A stretch of DNA of 64,000 nt, from contig OY970230.1 of the NCBI GenBank assembly GCA_963714095.1, positions 1,023,907 through 1,087,906 on the forward strand, given 5' to 3'. The position numbers and the translations under genes are program-made. The notes beneath the pieces were generated by a model. It was not told the origin of the DNA, ran no database searches, and saw only the letters and a program-made list of their open reading frames with translations. This document shows positions 1-11,850 of this stretch, one piece after another (within the stretch, counting starts at the first letter, position 1; each line of letters begins with the position of its first letter). The DNA comes from Candidatus Gottesmanbacteria bacterium (GTDB lineage: Bacteria; Patescibacteriota; Microgenomatia; UBA10105; UBA927).

Positions 1-671
1 TCAAGCGTGTGACGCAGAATTATCACTTGATCGCACTCCGGTCATTTTTAAAATATTGTCTGAAGCGCGATGTGGCAGTTGTAGCGCCGGAAAAAATTGA
101 TCTGCCGAAAGCCGAAAGCCGGTCCATCAAATTTTTGGAACGGGAGCAGGTCGAACGCCTGTTAAATATTGCTGGGAACCTTCGGGACCGCGCAATTTTG
201 GAAGTACTGTTTTCAACCGGTCTTCGTGTATCGGAGCTGACAAACCTTAACCGTGATCAAATAAATCTCGATCGAAAAGAATTCGGCGTTATTGGAAAAG
301 GTCGGCGGGCGCGGGTCGTATTTTTATCGGATACGGCAGCTGGTTGGTTGAAAAAATATCTTGATACGCGTGAAGATGATGACAAAGCGCTGTTTATACG
401 GTCGGCAGGGAAGAAAGATGCAGCGCTTCGCCTGACGCCTCGTAGCGTCCAGCGCCTGGTTGAAAAATACGTAAAGAAAGCCCGGCTTCCGATAAAAATT
501 ACGCCGCACGGCCTGCGGCATAGTTTCGCAACGGATTTATTAATCGGCGGCGCGGATCTTCGGGCTATCCAGGAAATGCTCGGGCACAAAAACGTGTCCA
601 CGACGCAGATCTACACCCATATCACCAACCCGCAGCTGAAGGAAATCCATAATAAATTTCACAGAAAATGA
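1..671 (+). CDS. Tyrosine recombinase, XerC/XerD family (5' end outside window)
   Basis: Catalytic motifs TGLRVSEL, GKG, HGLRHSFAT, LGH, TQIYT. Confidence 0.92.
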   Translation, partial: KRVTQNYHLIALRSFLKYCLKRDVAVVAPEKIDLPKAESRSIKFLEREQVERLLNIAGNLRDRAILEVLFSTGLRVSELTNLNRDQINLDRKEFGVIGKGRRARVVFLSDTAAGWLKKYLDTREDDDKALFIRSAGKKDAALRLTPRSVQRLVEKYVKKARLPIKITPHGLRHSFATDLLIGGADLRAIQEMLGHKNVSTTQIYTHITNPQLKEIHNKFHRK

Positions 672-1684
672 AAAAACCTTCGACTATTGCAGTTGTCTAT
701 AGTCTACCCACCAAACGTGCAGCGGCTGGTGCTTACGCCGATACAGAACAGGATACCGTGGATTCGGCGAATGAGGTATATGAAGCGTTGAAAATGAAAG
801 GTGCGCGCCCCAGCCTTGTGCCTATTTCAGAGGACACTATTGGTTCAATTGAGCGGATTCGGGCCGATTGTATCGTGAATCTTATCGACTGGACGGGATT
901 GGATCTGCCGTTGTCCGACAGTGCGTTTACGGCCATTGAACATACGGGCATCCCGTATACCGGTGCCACGCGTGAAAATTATCTGACGACATCCGATAAA
1001 ATTTTGATGAAAAAAGCACTCAACGTTCATACGTTGCCGACGGCACGGTGGCAATTGTTTGAAATAGGGACGGAACAGATCCGTAAGGATTTTCATTACC
1101 CCGTTATTGTCAAATTAGCATTTGAACACTGCAGCATAGGACTTTCCCATGATGCGGTCGTCAGCAGTGCGCATGAGTTGGGTCAGCGTGTTGCGGAACG
1201 CATGAAGACGTTTGGAGAGCCGGTTATTGCAGAAGAGTTTATCGTCGGACGGGAATTTCAGGTGACAGCGCTGGAGACAAAGCACGGTCTCAGTGTTTTG
1301 CCACCGGCGGAGATAGTTTTTGATACCCAGGGACCAGAATCACTCTTAACCTATGACAGCCGGTGGGTGGAAAATACAAAAGATTATGCCGCGTCCCATG
1401 TGACGTTACCCAAACTGCCGGATGAGTTGGCAACAAACATGACAAGTGTCGCACAGCGGACGTTTGCATCACTGGAGTTCCGTGATTACGCACGGCTCGA
1501 CATACGGACACGTGAAGATACAGTATTCATTTTAGAAGCCAACAGTAATCCCGGTTTATCCGACAGTGATGAATACGGGATGACGGTTTCCTATAAAGCG
1601 GTGGGGTTGAGTTTTGCTGATTTTGTCTGGGCGATTGTTGAATCTAGTTTTCTGCGGTTTACCCGATTGAATCTTCCGGTGTGA
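668..1684 (+). CDS. D-Ala-D-Ala ligase-like ATP-grasp enzyme
   Basis: DKILMK, YPVIVK...SIG, EEFIVGREF, DYARLDIR, LEANSNPGL; ATGA overlap with recombinase stop. Confidence 0.85.
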   Translation: MKKPSTIAVVYSLPTKRAAAGAYADTEQDTVDSANEVYEALKMKGARPSLVPISEDTIGSIERIRADCIVNLIDWTGLDLPLSDSAFTAIEHTGIPYTGATRENYLTTSDKILMKKALNVHTLPTARWQLFEIGTEQIRKDFHYPVIVKLAFEHCSIGLSHDAVVSSAHELGQRVAERMKTFGEPVIAEEFIVGREFQVTALETKHGLSVLPPAEIVFDTQGPESLLTYDSRWVENTKDYAASHVTLPKLPDELATNMTSVAQRTFASLEFRDYARLDIRTREDTVFILEANSNPGLSDSDEYGMTVSYKAVGLSFADFVWAIVESSFLRFTRLNLPV

Positions 1685-2267
1685 AGATGTGACTGGTTTC
1701 GATGGTAAATTTCGGCAGATGCGCAGGGTCGCGTGCCATCACGAACAACAATTGCTGCTGCCATTTTCTGACTAGCCGGAAATGCTTTTTCCGTTTACCG
1801 ATGTTTCTTCGTTTTAAATCATAGTCCATCCAGCGGGTGCGGAAATCGGCCCAATCGTACGATTTTTTCTGGGCACTTGCACTGTCTAATATTACAATTC
1901 TGCTTTTACTCGCACTGTAGGAAGATACCGCTGCCCAGTGCCCGGAATCCGCATGCGGACGGTCTTTTTCATCCAAATCATAGAGATATGAAACCAGCAC
2001 CGCCCGCAGCTGATTGGGGTTATATTTCAGCGCACTCTGAAGGTGATGCAGTGTTGCATATTCTACAATAAGAACGGAAAATCCTAGTTTGTTGGCGGCA
2101 CGGATCATATTTTTTGTGCTTGTTCCGTTTCTATTTGTGCCGCAAAGCTCCATGAGTGAGGAGAGCGATTTCCGTTTTCCAAACATCGAGAGCGCGTGTT
2201 TGAGCGCGGTCGGACCGCAGGTGGTATCATCCGGTTGTTGAACTGGTGTTACGTGACTTCTGCCCAT
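1659..2267 (-). CDS. Stand-alone C39-family cysteine peptidase
   Basis: QQPDDTTCGPTAL (Q..C), GT, GHW, ILDSA give a Cys-His-Asp triad. Confidence 0.8.
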   Translation of the reverse strand: MGRSHVTPVQQPDDTTCGPTALKHALSMFGKRKSLSSLMELCGTNRNGTSTKNMIRAANKLGFSVLIVEYATLHHLQSALKYNPNQLRAVLVSYLYDLDEKDRPHADSGHWAAVSSYSASKSRIVILDSASAQKKSYDWADFRTRWMDYDLKRRNIGKRKKHFRLVRKWQQQLLFVMARDPAHLPKFTIETSHIFTPEDSIG

Positions 2268-2348
2268 AGGGGAGCTCTATTCTACCCCCGCAAGAGGTAC
2301 AGGGCAAGACCTATAAAAAGGTCCTTTTTAGCTTCATTTGAGCCTAAA

Positions 2349-3080
2349 TTATTGGATTTGGTAGCTTAACGTGACCGTGACCGTGATATCGTTGGTCCCT
2401 GTTTCGATTTGGGTCGGCACACCGGCAGGTCCGGCAATATCAGCTTTGGCGAGCATCGGCATGGGCTGCGGCGGCGAGCCAAAATCCTCTGAATAATTGA
2501 TAATTTTCCCCAAGGTAAAGCCTGCAATTTTGGCTGCATTTTGTGCTTTCGTTTTAGCGTCTGCAACAGCGAGTGTGCGTGCCTCATCCTGCGCTTTGGT
2601 TTTGTCGTCCACATCAAATGTGATACCGCCTATTTGGTTGGCACCGGCCGCCGTTGCCGCGTCGATTACGGCATTCGCGTTGTCGATTGCGCGGACTTTA
2701 ATCGTAAGATTTGTGGATGCCTGATACCCGGTGATCCGTGGTGTACTGGAATTATAATCATACATCGGGTTGATAGTGTAACCGGCCGTCTGGATATCTT
2801 TGACGTCGACGCCCGCGGATTTCACGGCAGATGAGACTGCGTTTATATTTTTATTCAGCTGATCCTGCACTATTTTCGTGGTAGGACCTTGGGCCTGAAC
2901 GCCGGCTGAGACGATTGCAATATCTGGAGGCACGCTTATCTTTCCCTCACCGGTGACACTGAACGTATCGGTTTTGGTCGTTGAGACACTCGTTACCGTA
3001 AACGGGATTGGTCCTGCGAGTTTAATATATGCAAAGAGTGCGAGGAAAAATACAATGACAGCGCCGGCAAGATTTTTCAT
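2349..3080 (-). CDS. SIMPL (DUF541) domain protein
   Basis: SVTGEGKISVPPDIA, AGANQIGGITF, AVADAKTKA; N-terminal TM. Confidence 0.9.
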   Translation of the reverse strand: MKNLAGAVIVFFLALFAYIKLAGPIPFTVTSVSTTKTDTFSVTGEGKISVPPDIAIVSAGVQAQGPTTKIVQDQLNKNINAVSSAVKSAGVDVKDIQTAGYTINPMYDYNSSTPRITGYQASTNLTIKVRAIDNANAVIDAATAAGANQIGGITFDVDDKTKAQDEARTLAVADAKTKAQNAAKIAGFTLGKIINYSEDFGSPPQPMPMLAKADIAGPAGVPTQIETGTNDITVTVTLSYQIQ

Positions 3081-3093
3081 AAGCCTCCTTAAT

Positions 3094-3891
3094 TTATTTC
3101 ATTGTACAGGCTTTTACCAAATTCTGCATCAGGGAGGCAATGTTCAAGGGCCCCACGCCGCCGGGGGTGGGCGTATAAAAGGAAGCGGTATCGGCGACAT
3201 CCGATTCCTCATAATCCCCGTGTAGCTTGCCGTCTTCGGCGCGCCAAAGACCAACGGATATAAGGATGGCGCCTGGTTTTATGGCGTCGCCGGTGACGAT
3301 TCCCTTTTTGCCCACACAACTGATAATAATATTTGCTTGTTTCATTATTTCTTTAGGATTTGCTGTTTGGCTGCTGATTATAGACGTCGTACATTGTTGT
3401 TTCCGGAATGCCATTGCTATCGGTTTTCCCGCAGTCTCCCCTCTTCCGACAATAACGACTTTTTTATTTTTTACCGTACATCCTATGTGATCTAAAATCG
3501 AGAATATCGCTTTGACAATTGGTACTTCAAACGCAGAATGTACTACGAATCCGTCAACGTCTTTTTTGGGGTTTACGCTTTCGTTTATCGATACATCAAA
3601 GTGAGGAGGAAGCGGCCGTTGGACGATGACGCCGTGAACTGATGGGTCGCGGTTATACATCGCGACACGCGCTGCGACTTCCTTAGGAAGCGCGTTTTTG
3701 GGTAACTGTTCGAAAATAAATCTGCCGCCGATTTTTTCCGTTGCTTTTTGTTTTTGGCGGATGTACGACAATGATTCCGGATCATCCCCGATCAGAATGA
3801 CCGCCAACGTGGGCGTAATTTTTAATCGTCTGACTTCATTTGCAAGATTCAAAAGTATCTCATCCGCAAGCGCTTTCCCATCGATTCTCAT
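3094..3891 (-). CDS. folD: Methylene-THF dehydrogenase/cyclohydrolase
   Basis: IDGKALA, GVIVQRPLP, KDVDG, TPTPGGVGPL. Confidence 0.95.
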   Translation of the reverse strand: MRIDGKALADEILLNLANEVRRLKITPTLAVILIGDDPESLSYIRQKQKATEKIGGRFIFEQLPKNALPKEVAARVAMYNRDPSVHGVIVQRPLPPHFDVSINESVNPKKDVDGFVVHSAFEVPIVKAIFSILDHIGCTVKNKKVVIVGRGETAGKPIAMAFRKQQCTTSIISSQTANPKEIMKQANIIISCVGKKGIVTGDAIKPGAILISVGLWRAEDGKLHGDYEESDVADTASFYTPTPGGVGPLNIASLMQNLVKACTMK

Positions 3892-3895
3892 AGAC

Positions 3896-4144
3896 TCATT
3901 TTATCACACGATGAGTGGATTCGGGGGGTAGAACGATTTCGGGAAACAACAAAGCATCAGGTGCAGAGTGTATCCAACCAATCAAAAATCCTGTACAGTT
4001 TGCTGCATCAATGAGGATATTACCGCTAAGGTATATGATTTCATCAGGTGGCGGATTCCACATCGCGTTTATCAAGCCTTTTTGACGAATGGATTTTCCT
4101 GCTTTTTCGCCGATTCCGAAGCCCGAAAGAAATGATTCTTGCAT
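3896..4144 (-). CDS. Small hypothetical protein
   Basis: 82-aa ORF filling the gyrA-folD gap on the same strand; no motif recognised. Confidence 0.4.
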   Translation of the reverse strand: MQESFLSGFGIGEKAGKSIRQKGLINAMWNPPPDEIIYLSGNILIDAANCTGFLIGWIHSAPDALLFPEIVLPPESTHRVIK

Positions 4145-4156
4145 ACAATAACTGAT

Positions 4157-6673
4157 TTACTTCGTTAGGCAGGTTGCGGCGGCTATCGTATCACTTTTGT
4201 CAGCAAATCTCATTAAAATAACTCCTGAGGTGGCGCGGCCGAGGCGCGGTACGGAATTAATAGGGAGTTTTACGACTTGGCCTTTCATGGAGGTGAGAAT
4301 GACGCTGTCGGTTTCAGCCGGAACGATTTGTGAGACAACCACTTTTCCGGTGCGGTCCTTGACCTCGGCAACTTTGACGCCCTGCCCTCCACGTTTCTGT
4401 TTGGGGAAATCGCGGATGGCGGTTTTTTTACCGATCCCCTTTTCCATAATAGTGAGAAAATCCGCTTTTTTGGTTTCGTCATTGATCACGTCGACGCTCA
4501 CCACAAAGTCCGTGCCTTTCAGGAGTATGCCGCGGACGCCCATGGTATCGCGGGCCGTCGGACGGACCTCGGTTTCGTTAAACCGGATGGATTTGCCTTC
4601 GTGAGAGACGAGGAGTATATCGTCCGAGCCGCTGGTAATCCGCGCCCAGGTCAGTTCATCGTCTTTTTCCAGTTTAATGGCAACCAGGCCGCTGCGGCGG
4701 ATATTTTCGTATTCCGTTAATTTGGATTTTTTCACCGTCCCGTGTTTGGTTGCCATCAGAATAAATTTGACACCTAATTCCTTCTGTTCGTCGCGCTTGA
4801 GACTGTAGGTCAAAACCGACGTCACGCGTTCGCCGGATTCAATATTGATTAAATTTACGACTGCCTGCCCCTTTGCCTGGCGGCTTGTTTCCGGAATATC
4901 CCACACGCGCACCTGGTATACCCGTCCGCGGTCGGTGAAGAAAAGCATATTGTCGTGGGTTTGTGCCGTGAGGATTTTATCAATAGTATCTTCTTCTTTG
5001 GTCGTCATACCGATGACACCTTTGCCGCCTCGTTCCTGCATCTTAAATGTGCCTCTGGGGAGCCGTTTGATATACCCGGACTCGCTCATGGTGATAATGA
5101 CATCTTCGTTGGCAATAAGCTGTTCTTCCGAAAATTCCCCGACTTTGCTTTTGAAAACTCTCGTTTTCCGTTGGTCTCCGTATTTTTCCTTCAGTTTATT
5201 GAGTTCGTCTTTCACGACTTTAAGAATTTTGGTCGGGTGAGCCAGCAAATCCTCCAGATAGTCTATGGTTTCGCGGATCATCGCCAATTCGTCTTCGATT
5301 TTCTGGCGTTCGAGTGCCGCGAGGCGGCGCAGCTGCATGTCCAGAATCGCCGTTGTCTGGATATCGGAAAGTTTAAACTTGGTCATTAATTTCACTTTTG
5401 CTTCATCGGCGTCTTTACTCTTTTTGATAATTGCGATCACTTCATCTATATGGTCGACGGCAATTTTTAAGCCCTCCAAAATATGTTCGCGTGCTTTTGC
5501 TTCCTTGAGTTCAAAAACGCTACGGCGCCGGACAATATCATGGCGGTGTTTGATATATTCTTCCAATATAAGTTTAAGTGAACACGTCTGAGGCGTATTA
5601 TCAACAAGGGCGACCATGTTCACAGGAAATGTGGTCTGGAGTGCCGTATATTTATACAAATTATTCAATACCTGCTTGGGTCTGGCATCCCGTTTGAGTT
5701 CGATGTACACGCGGATGCCGCGGCGGTCGGATTCATCACGAAGGTCGCTAATACCTTCAAGCTTTTTTTCGTGGACAAGCTCAGCTATGCGCGCTACCAA
5801 AACGGCTTTATTGACCTGATACGGAAGTTCGGTGATTGCAATTGCCGATTTTCCCTGTCCAATGTCTTCAATTTCCGCTTTGCCTCTCATGACGATTTTG
5901 CCGCGCCCCGTTGTGTAGGCCGCCTTAATTTCATTGATGTCGTAAATAGCGCCCCCGGTCGGGAAATCCGGTCCCTGAATGTGTTCCATAAGCTGGTCGG
6001 TCGTGATGTCGAAGGTAAAGTGGGTATCGGATTTCACCTCACTTACACCTTCCGTTTCCTTCGTCTTCGTCAGTTTGACGGTGTCGATCATCGCGCCGAT
6101 TGCGTCCGCCACCTCCGTGAGATTATGCGGCGGGATTTTGGTCGCCATACCGACGGCGATTCCCTCACTGCCCATAAGGAGGAGGTTCGGGAGTTTCGCC
6201 GGAAGATACACCGGCTCGTTGATGGTACCGTCAAAATTCGGAATAAATTCAACTGTTTCCTTCTCGATATCCAGAAGCATTTCATCGGAAATTGCGGCGA
6301 GGCGACATTCTGTGTAGCGCATAGCGGCGGGCGGATCTCCGTCAATGGATCCGTAGTTTCCCTGCCCGTCAACAAGGCGGTACCGCATGGAAAATTCCTG
6401 CGCGAGGCGTACCAATGCTTCGTAGACAGGCGCGTCTCCGTGCGGATGATATTTTCCCAGGACTTCTCCGACGACCGATGCACTTTTTTTGTATTTACTC
6501 GTGTGGTGTAAGCCGGTCTGATGCATGGCGAATAAGATTCGCCGATGTACGGGCTTCATGCCGTCACGTACGTCCGGAAGGGCGCGCGCCACAATGACGC
6601 TCATTGCATAGTCGAGGTACGACTTTTGCATTTCATGCGTGATTTCGGACTGGTTGACTTTGCCGATATTCAT
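4157..6673 (-). CDS. gyrA: DNA gyrase subunit A
   Basis: [22 protein letters not shown], GyrA box QERGGKG, beta-pinwheel repeats. Confidence 0.98.
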   Translation of the reverse strand: MNIGKVNQSEITHEMQKSYLDYAMSVIVARALPDVRDGMKPVHRRILFAMHQTGLHHTSKYKKSASVVGEVLGKYHPHGDAPVYEALVRLAQEFSMRYRLVDGQGNYGSIDGDPPAAMRYTECRLAAISDEMLLDIEKETVEFIPNFDGTINEPVYLPAKLPNLLLMGSEGIAVGMATKIPPHNLTEVADAIGAMIDTVKLTKTKETEGVSEVKSDTHFTFDITTDQLMEHIQGPDFPTGGAIYDINEIKAAYTTGRGKIVMRGKAEIEDIGQGKSAIAITELPYQVNKAVLVARIAELVHEKKLEGISDLRDESDRRGIRVYIELKRDARPKQVLNNLYKYTALQTTFPVNMVALVDNTPQTCSLKLILEEYIKHRHDIVRRRSVFELKEAKAREHILEGLKIAVDHIDEVIAIIKKSKDADEAKVKLMTKFKLSDIQTTAILDMQLRRLAALERQKIEDELAMIRETIDYLEDLLAHPTKILKVVKDELNKLKEKYGDQRKTRVFKSKVGEFSEEQLIANEDVIITMSESGYIKRLPRGTFKMQERGGKGVIGMTTKEEDTIDKILTAQTHDNMLFFTDRGRVYQVRVWDIPETSRQAKGQAVVNLINIESGERVTSVLTYSLKRDEQKELGVKFILMATKHGTVKKSKLTEYENIRRSGLVAIKLEKDDELTWARITSGSDDILLVSHEGKSIRFNETEVRPTARDTMGVRGILLKGTDFVVSVDVINDETKKADFLTIMEKGIGKKTAIRDFPKQKRGGQGVKVAEVKDRTGKVVVSQIVPAETDSVILTSMKGQVVKLPINSVPRLGRATSGVILMRFADKSDTIAAATCLTK

Positions 6674-8698
6674 TTATTTTCCAATGAACTGGATGACAAA
6701 GGGGGCGATGAGTAATGCCACGATTTGTACAATCTTCATCATTGGGTTCAAAGCAGGTCCGGATGTATCTTTTAACGGATCCCCGACCGTGTCTCCTACG
6801 ACCGCGGCTTTATGCGTATCGCTGCCTTTGCCGCCGAAGTGTCCGTCCTCCACGTATTTTTTGGCGTTATCCCATGCGCCGCCGGTATTGCACATAAAGA
6901 GCGCGAGCATCAGTCCTACGACAACGACGCCTGCCAAAAATCCGCCCAACGCCTGGGCACCCAAGAGTGATGCGGCTACAGGCATAAGGACAACGATCAG
7001 GGCCGGAACAACAAGTTCTTTTTGTGCCGCCAGGGTCACGATTTCGACGGCTTTGGAATAGTCCGGCAGCCTGGTTCCTTCCATAATGCCTTTATATTCC
7101 CTGAACTGCCTACGAACCTCCTCAACGACCTGGAATGCGGCTCGGCCGACGGATCCGATCAGGCGCGAGCTGAACAAAAACGGCAATGCCCCACCCAACA
7201 GCACCCCGACAAAGACCTTGGGGTTTGCGATATCTATGGTGACAAGGCCTGTTTTTTCAAAATACGTCGCAAACAGGGAACTGGCTGCCACCGCAGCGGA
7301 TCCCACGGCAAATCCCTTAGTGAGGGCTTTGGTGGTATTGCCGACGGCATCCAGGCCGCTGGTTACGACAGCAGCCCTGCCTTTTATTCCGGCCATTTCC
7401 ACAAACCCCTGGGCATTATCCGCAATGGGCCCGAATGTATCCAGTGCCATAATGATGCCGGTTGTCGCAAGCATGCCCATACCGACCAGGGAAATGCCGT
7501 AGAATCCGAGCAGGGAAAATCCTGCGTAGATAGCTGCGGCCACAACCAGGACGGAAAAAAACGTGCTTTCCATGCCGATTCCGAGACCTGAAATAATGGT
7601 CGTTCCCGCGCCGGTTTTACTTGCAGTGGCGATCGCGACAACCGGTTTTTCACCTGGACCGGTATAGTATTTCGTGATCAATAAAAGGAGTAACATTGCA
7701 ATAATACCAACCACTCCGGCATACCCCGCTTTTGGCTGCTGCAGCAAAAATACCGATAAACCCATGAGAATAATGACAGCCCCGATTGCTGACACCATAA
7801 AGCCGCGGATAAGCGGTTTGATAGCATCTTCATGGTCATTTTTTGCTTTGACGAAAAACGTTCCTAAAATGGATGTTAGTATTCCGCCGGCCCGCACGAG
7901 GAGCGGAAATACGACACCTTTGAGACCGAATAAATTCCCGCCCAAAATCATAGCTGCAACAATTGTGAGCGCGTAGGATTCAAATACGTCTGCGGCCATT
8001 CCCGCGCAGTCCCCGACGTTGTCCCCGACATTATCAGCAATCGTGGCTGGGTTTCTCGGATCGTCTTCCGGTATCCCCGCTTCGACTTTACCCACGAGAT
8101 CCGCGCCGACATCCGCGGCTTTTGTAAATATTCCTCCGCCGACCCGCATGAAGAGCGCAATGAGTGCCGCTCCGAACCCGTAGCCAACTAACACTTCTGT
8201 TGCATGACGGGCAACAACGTCTGCCCCCTGTGCTATAAAAGAGAAGTACGACCACATATAGATAAGGGAAACGCCCAATAGGCCGAGGCCTACCAGAAGC
8301 ATGCCGTTGACAGTCCCCGCGCCGAATGCGATACGGAGCGCAGGATTAAGACCCTTCTGGGCGGCATTGGCCGTCCGCAAGTTCGCTTTGACGGCAATCC
8401 ACATGCCAAAATAACCGATGATTGCGCTAAATACTGCCCCAAGTAAAAATGTGACGGCAATGCCTTTTCCGAGCGTGAAGGCAATAATAACTGCAAGAAC
8501 GAGCATGAATGGAACAATAATTTTAAACTGGCGTTTGAGGTAGGACATGGCCCCGTCGGCGACTGCTTTTCCGATTGCCTTGAGTTTATCGGAACCTTCG
8601 TCTTCTTTGATGGTGCGTTTAATAAGGTAAATGCCGTAGGCGAGTGCAATAAGTGCAGTTAACGGGGCAGTAAATAGTGCAATGACTTGTATATCCAT
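6674..8698 (-). CDS. hppA: Membrane H+-translocating pyrophosphatase, likely K+-independent
   Basis: GGIFTKAADVGADLVGKVE, DNVGDNVGD, GNTTKA (Lys at K+-dependence position), GDTVGDPLKDTSGP. Confidence 0.96.
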   Translation of the reverse strand: MDIQVIALFTAPLTALIALAYGIYLIKRTIKEDEGSDKLKAIGKAVADGAMSYLKRQFKIIVPFMLVLAVIIAFTLGKGIAVTFLLGAVFSAIIGYFGMWIAVKANLRTANAAQKGLNPALRIAFGAGTVNGMLLVGLGLLGVSLIYMWSYFSFIAQGADVVARHATEVLVGYGFGAALIALFMRVGGGIFTKAADVGADLVGKVEAGIPEDDPRNPATIADNVGDNVGDCAGMAADVFESYALTIVAAMILGGNLFGLKGVVFPLLVRAGGILTSILGTFFVKAKNDHEDAIKPLIRGFMVSAIGAVIILMGLSVFLLQQPKAGYAGVVGIIAMLLLLLITKYYTGPGEKPVVAIATASKTGAGTTIISGLGIGMESTFFSVLVVAAAIYAGFSLLGFYGISLVGMGMLATTGIIMALDTFGPIADNAQGFVEMAGIKGRAAVVTSGLDAVGNTTKALTKGFAVGSAAVAASSLFATYFEKTGLVTIDIANPKVFVGVLLGGALPFLFSSRLIGSVGRAAFQVVEEVRRQFREYKGIMEGTRLPDYSKAVEIVTLAAQKELVVPALIVVLMPVAASLLGAQALGGFLAGVVVVGLMLALFMCNTGGAWDNAKKYVEDGHFGGKGSDTHKAAVVGDTVGDPLKDTSGPALNPMMKIVQIVALLIAPFVIQFIGK

Positions 8699-8753
8699 AA
8701 AAATAAATCCTTTCTGTAAAATTTTTACGCTTCGCTATTATACTAAATACTCA

Positions 8754-10703
<1,950 letters not shown>

Positions 10704-10780
10704 CTAAATCATTCTACAATACTTCACACGGGTTGTCTAGGGAAATCGGTACACCCGCCGATATAATGGATCTTCGGATT

Positions 10781-11185
10781 TTATTCAATAAATCCTGTAG
10801 CTTTTAATACTTTTTGAGCATGTAAGGATAAGTCAGTTGATAAAATTTCATACTTTTCAAACCATCGGGCCTGATCATATTTTCGTGCATCTACCGAAAG
10901 CCCGCTATAATCGCCACTGCAAATAAAAACATATCGTGTAATTGCGGCATCTATTTCTTCATCGGTTACTTGTGTTGTTTCTACTATAGATATGTATTGA
11001 AGGTTTAATTTTTCAAACGCATCTTTCATTAACGTGTCCGAAGGCGTTACTCCGGGTAAAATATCTCCTCCCATTAAATCCCATTTTCCCGGAGCATATG
11101 TTCTTTTTTGATTACGTCTTAAAAGTAAGACTTTCTGCTTGTTCTCATCTACGAAGACACCACTTATGGCTTCTCTTTTTCTCAT
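10781..11185 (-). CDS. NUDIX-fold protein with degenerate Nudix box
   Basis: VLLLRR...PGKWDLMGG; conserved Glu residues of the box replaced; AT-rich. Confidence 0.7.
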   Translation of the reverse strand: MRKREAISGVFVDENKQKVLLLRRNQKRTYAPGKWDLMGGDILPGVTPSDTLMKDAFEKLNLQYISIVETTQVTDEEIDAAITRYVFICSGDYSGLSVDARKYDQARWFEKYEILSTDLSLHAQKVLKATGFIE

Positions 11186-11808
11186 ATTTGAAGGATCGCG
11201 TTATCAACGACTAAGCGCTGGTTTACGTTGACCGCGAGTTGGGTTTGGGCGGTGAGAAGATTACGGATAAGATTGGTTAGTTGAGGTGTAGGGTGTTTCA
11301 AAAGTTCTTCCCGCGCCGCACCCAACAGTGATGTAACAAATTTTTTGGCTTCGTCGCGCGTGGCAACAAACGGTTCTAAAGTTGAAAGACGTTTCCCCGG
11401 AGACTCTTCTAATACTTTCAAAAGAATTGATGTGTCGGATTTCTGGGCAGCATCCGTAAGGCGCACGACACTCATGCGGGATAGGATAGTCGGCAGAAGC
11501 GCTTCGGGGACGCTCGTCGTCCCTATAATATATGTATGCGGCGGTGGCTCCTCGAGCGTTTTTAAGAGAGCGTTTTGTGCTTCTGGAGTCAGACGCTCAA
11601 TATCGGTAAGCAAACCAACTTTAGCCGGAGAATTTCTCTGCATAAGAACGAGTTCGCGTTGAAAGTCGCGGATCATTTCGATACCGACAGTTCCTTCTTC
11701 CGGCAGACGAATAGTATCCCACGCAGAAATTTTCCACGAGCTCGTTCGGGATACTAATTCCTTCTGTATAGACTCTTTATTGCCCCCGACAATAAGAAAC
11801 GCATGCAT
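11182..11808 (-). CDS. holB: DNA polymerase III delta-prime-like subunit
   Basis: AQNALLKTLEEPP, LLPTILSR. Confidence 0.85.
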   Translation of the reverse strand: MHAFLIVGGNKESIQKELVSRTSSWKISAWDTIRLPEEGTVGIEMIRDFQRELVLMQRNSPAKVGLLTDIERLTPEAQNALLKTLEEPPPHTYIIGTTSVPEALLPTILSRMSVVRLTDAAQKSDTSILLKVLEESPGKRLSTLEPFVATRDEAKKFVTSLLGAAREELLKHPTPQLTNLIRNLLTAQTQLAVNVNQRLVVDNAILQI

Positions 11809-11850
11809 AATCCCTTGCATTATAATACAAAAACATCAATAATAAATTGT

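Noticed and set aside
1-671. Recombinase as an integron or prophage integrase
   Set aside because: No IntI-specific insertion, no attC array or phage genes; compact XerC/D-like protein in housekeeping context
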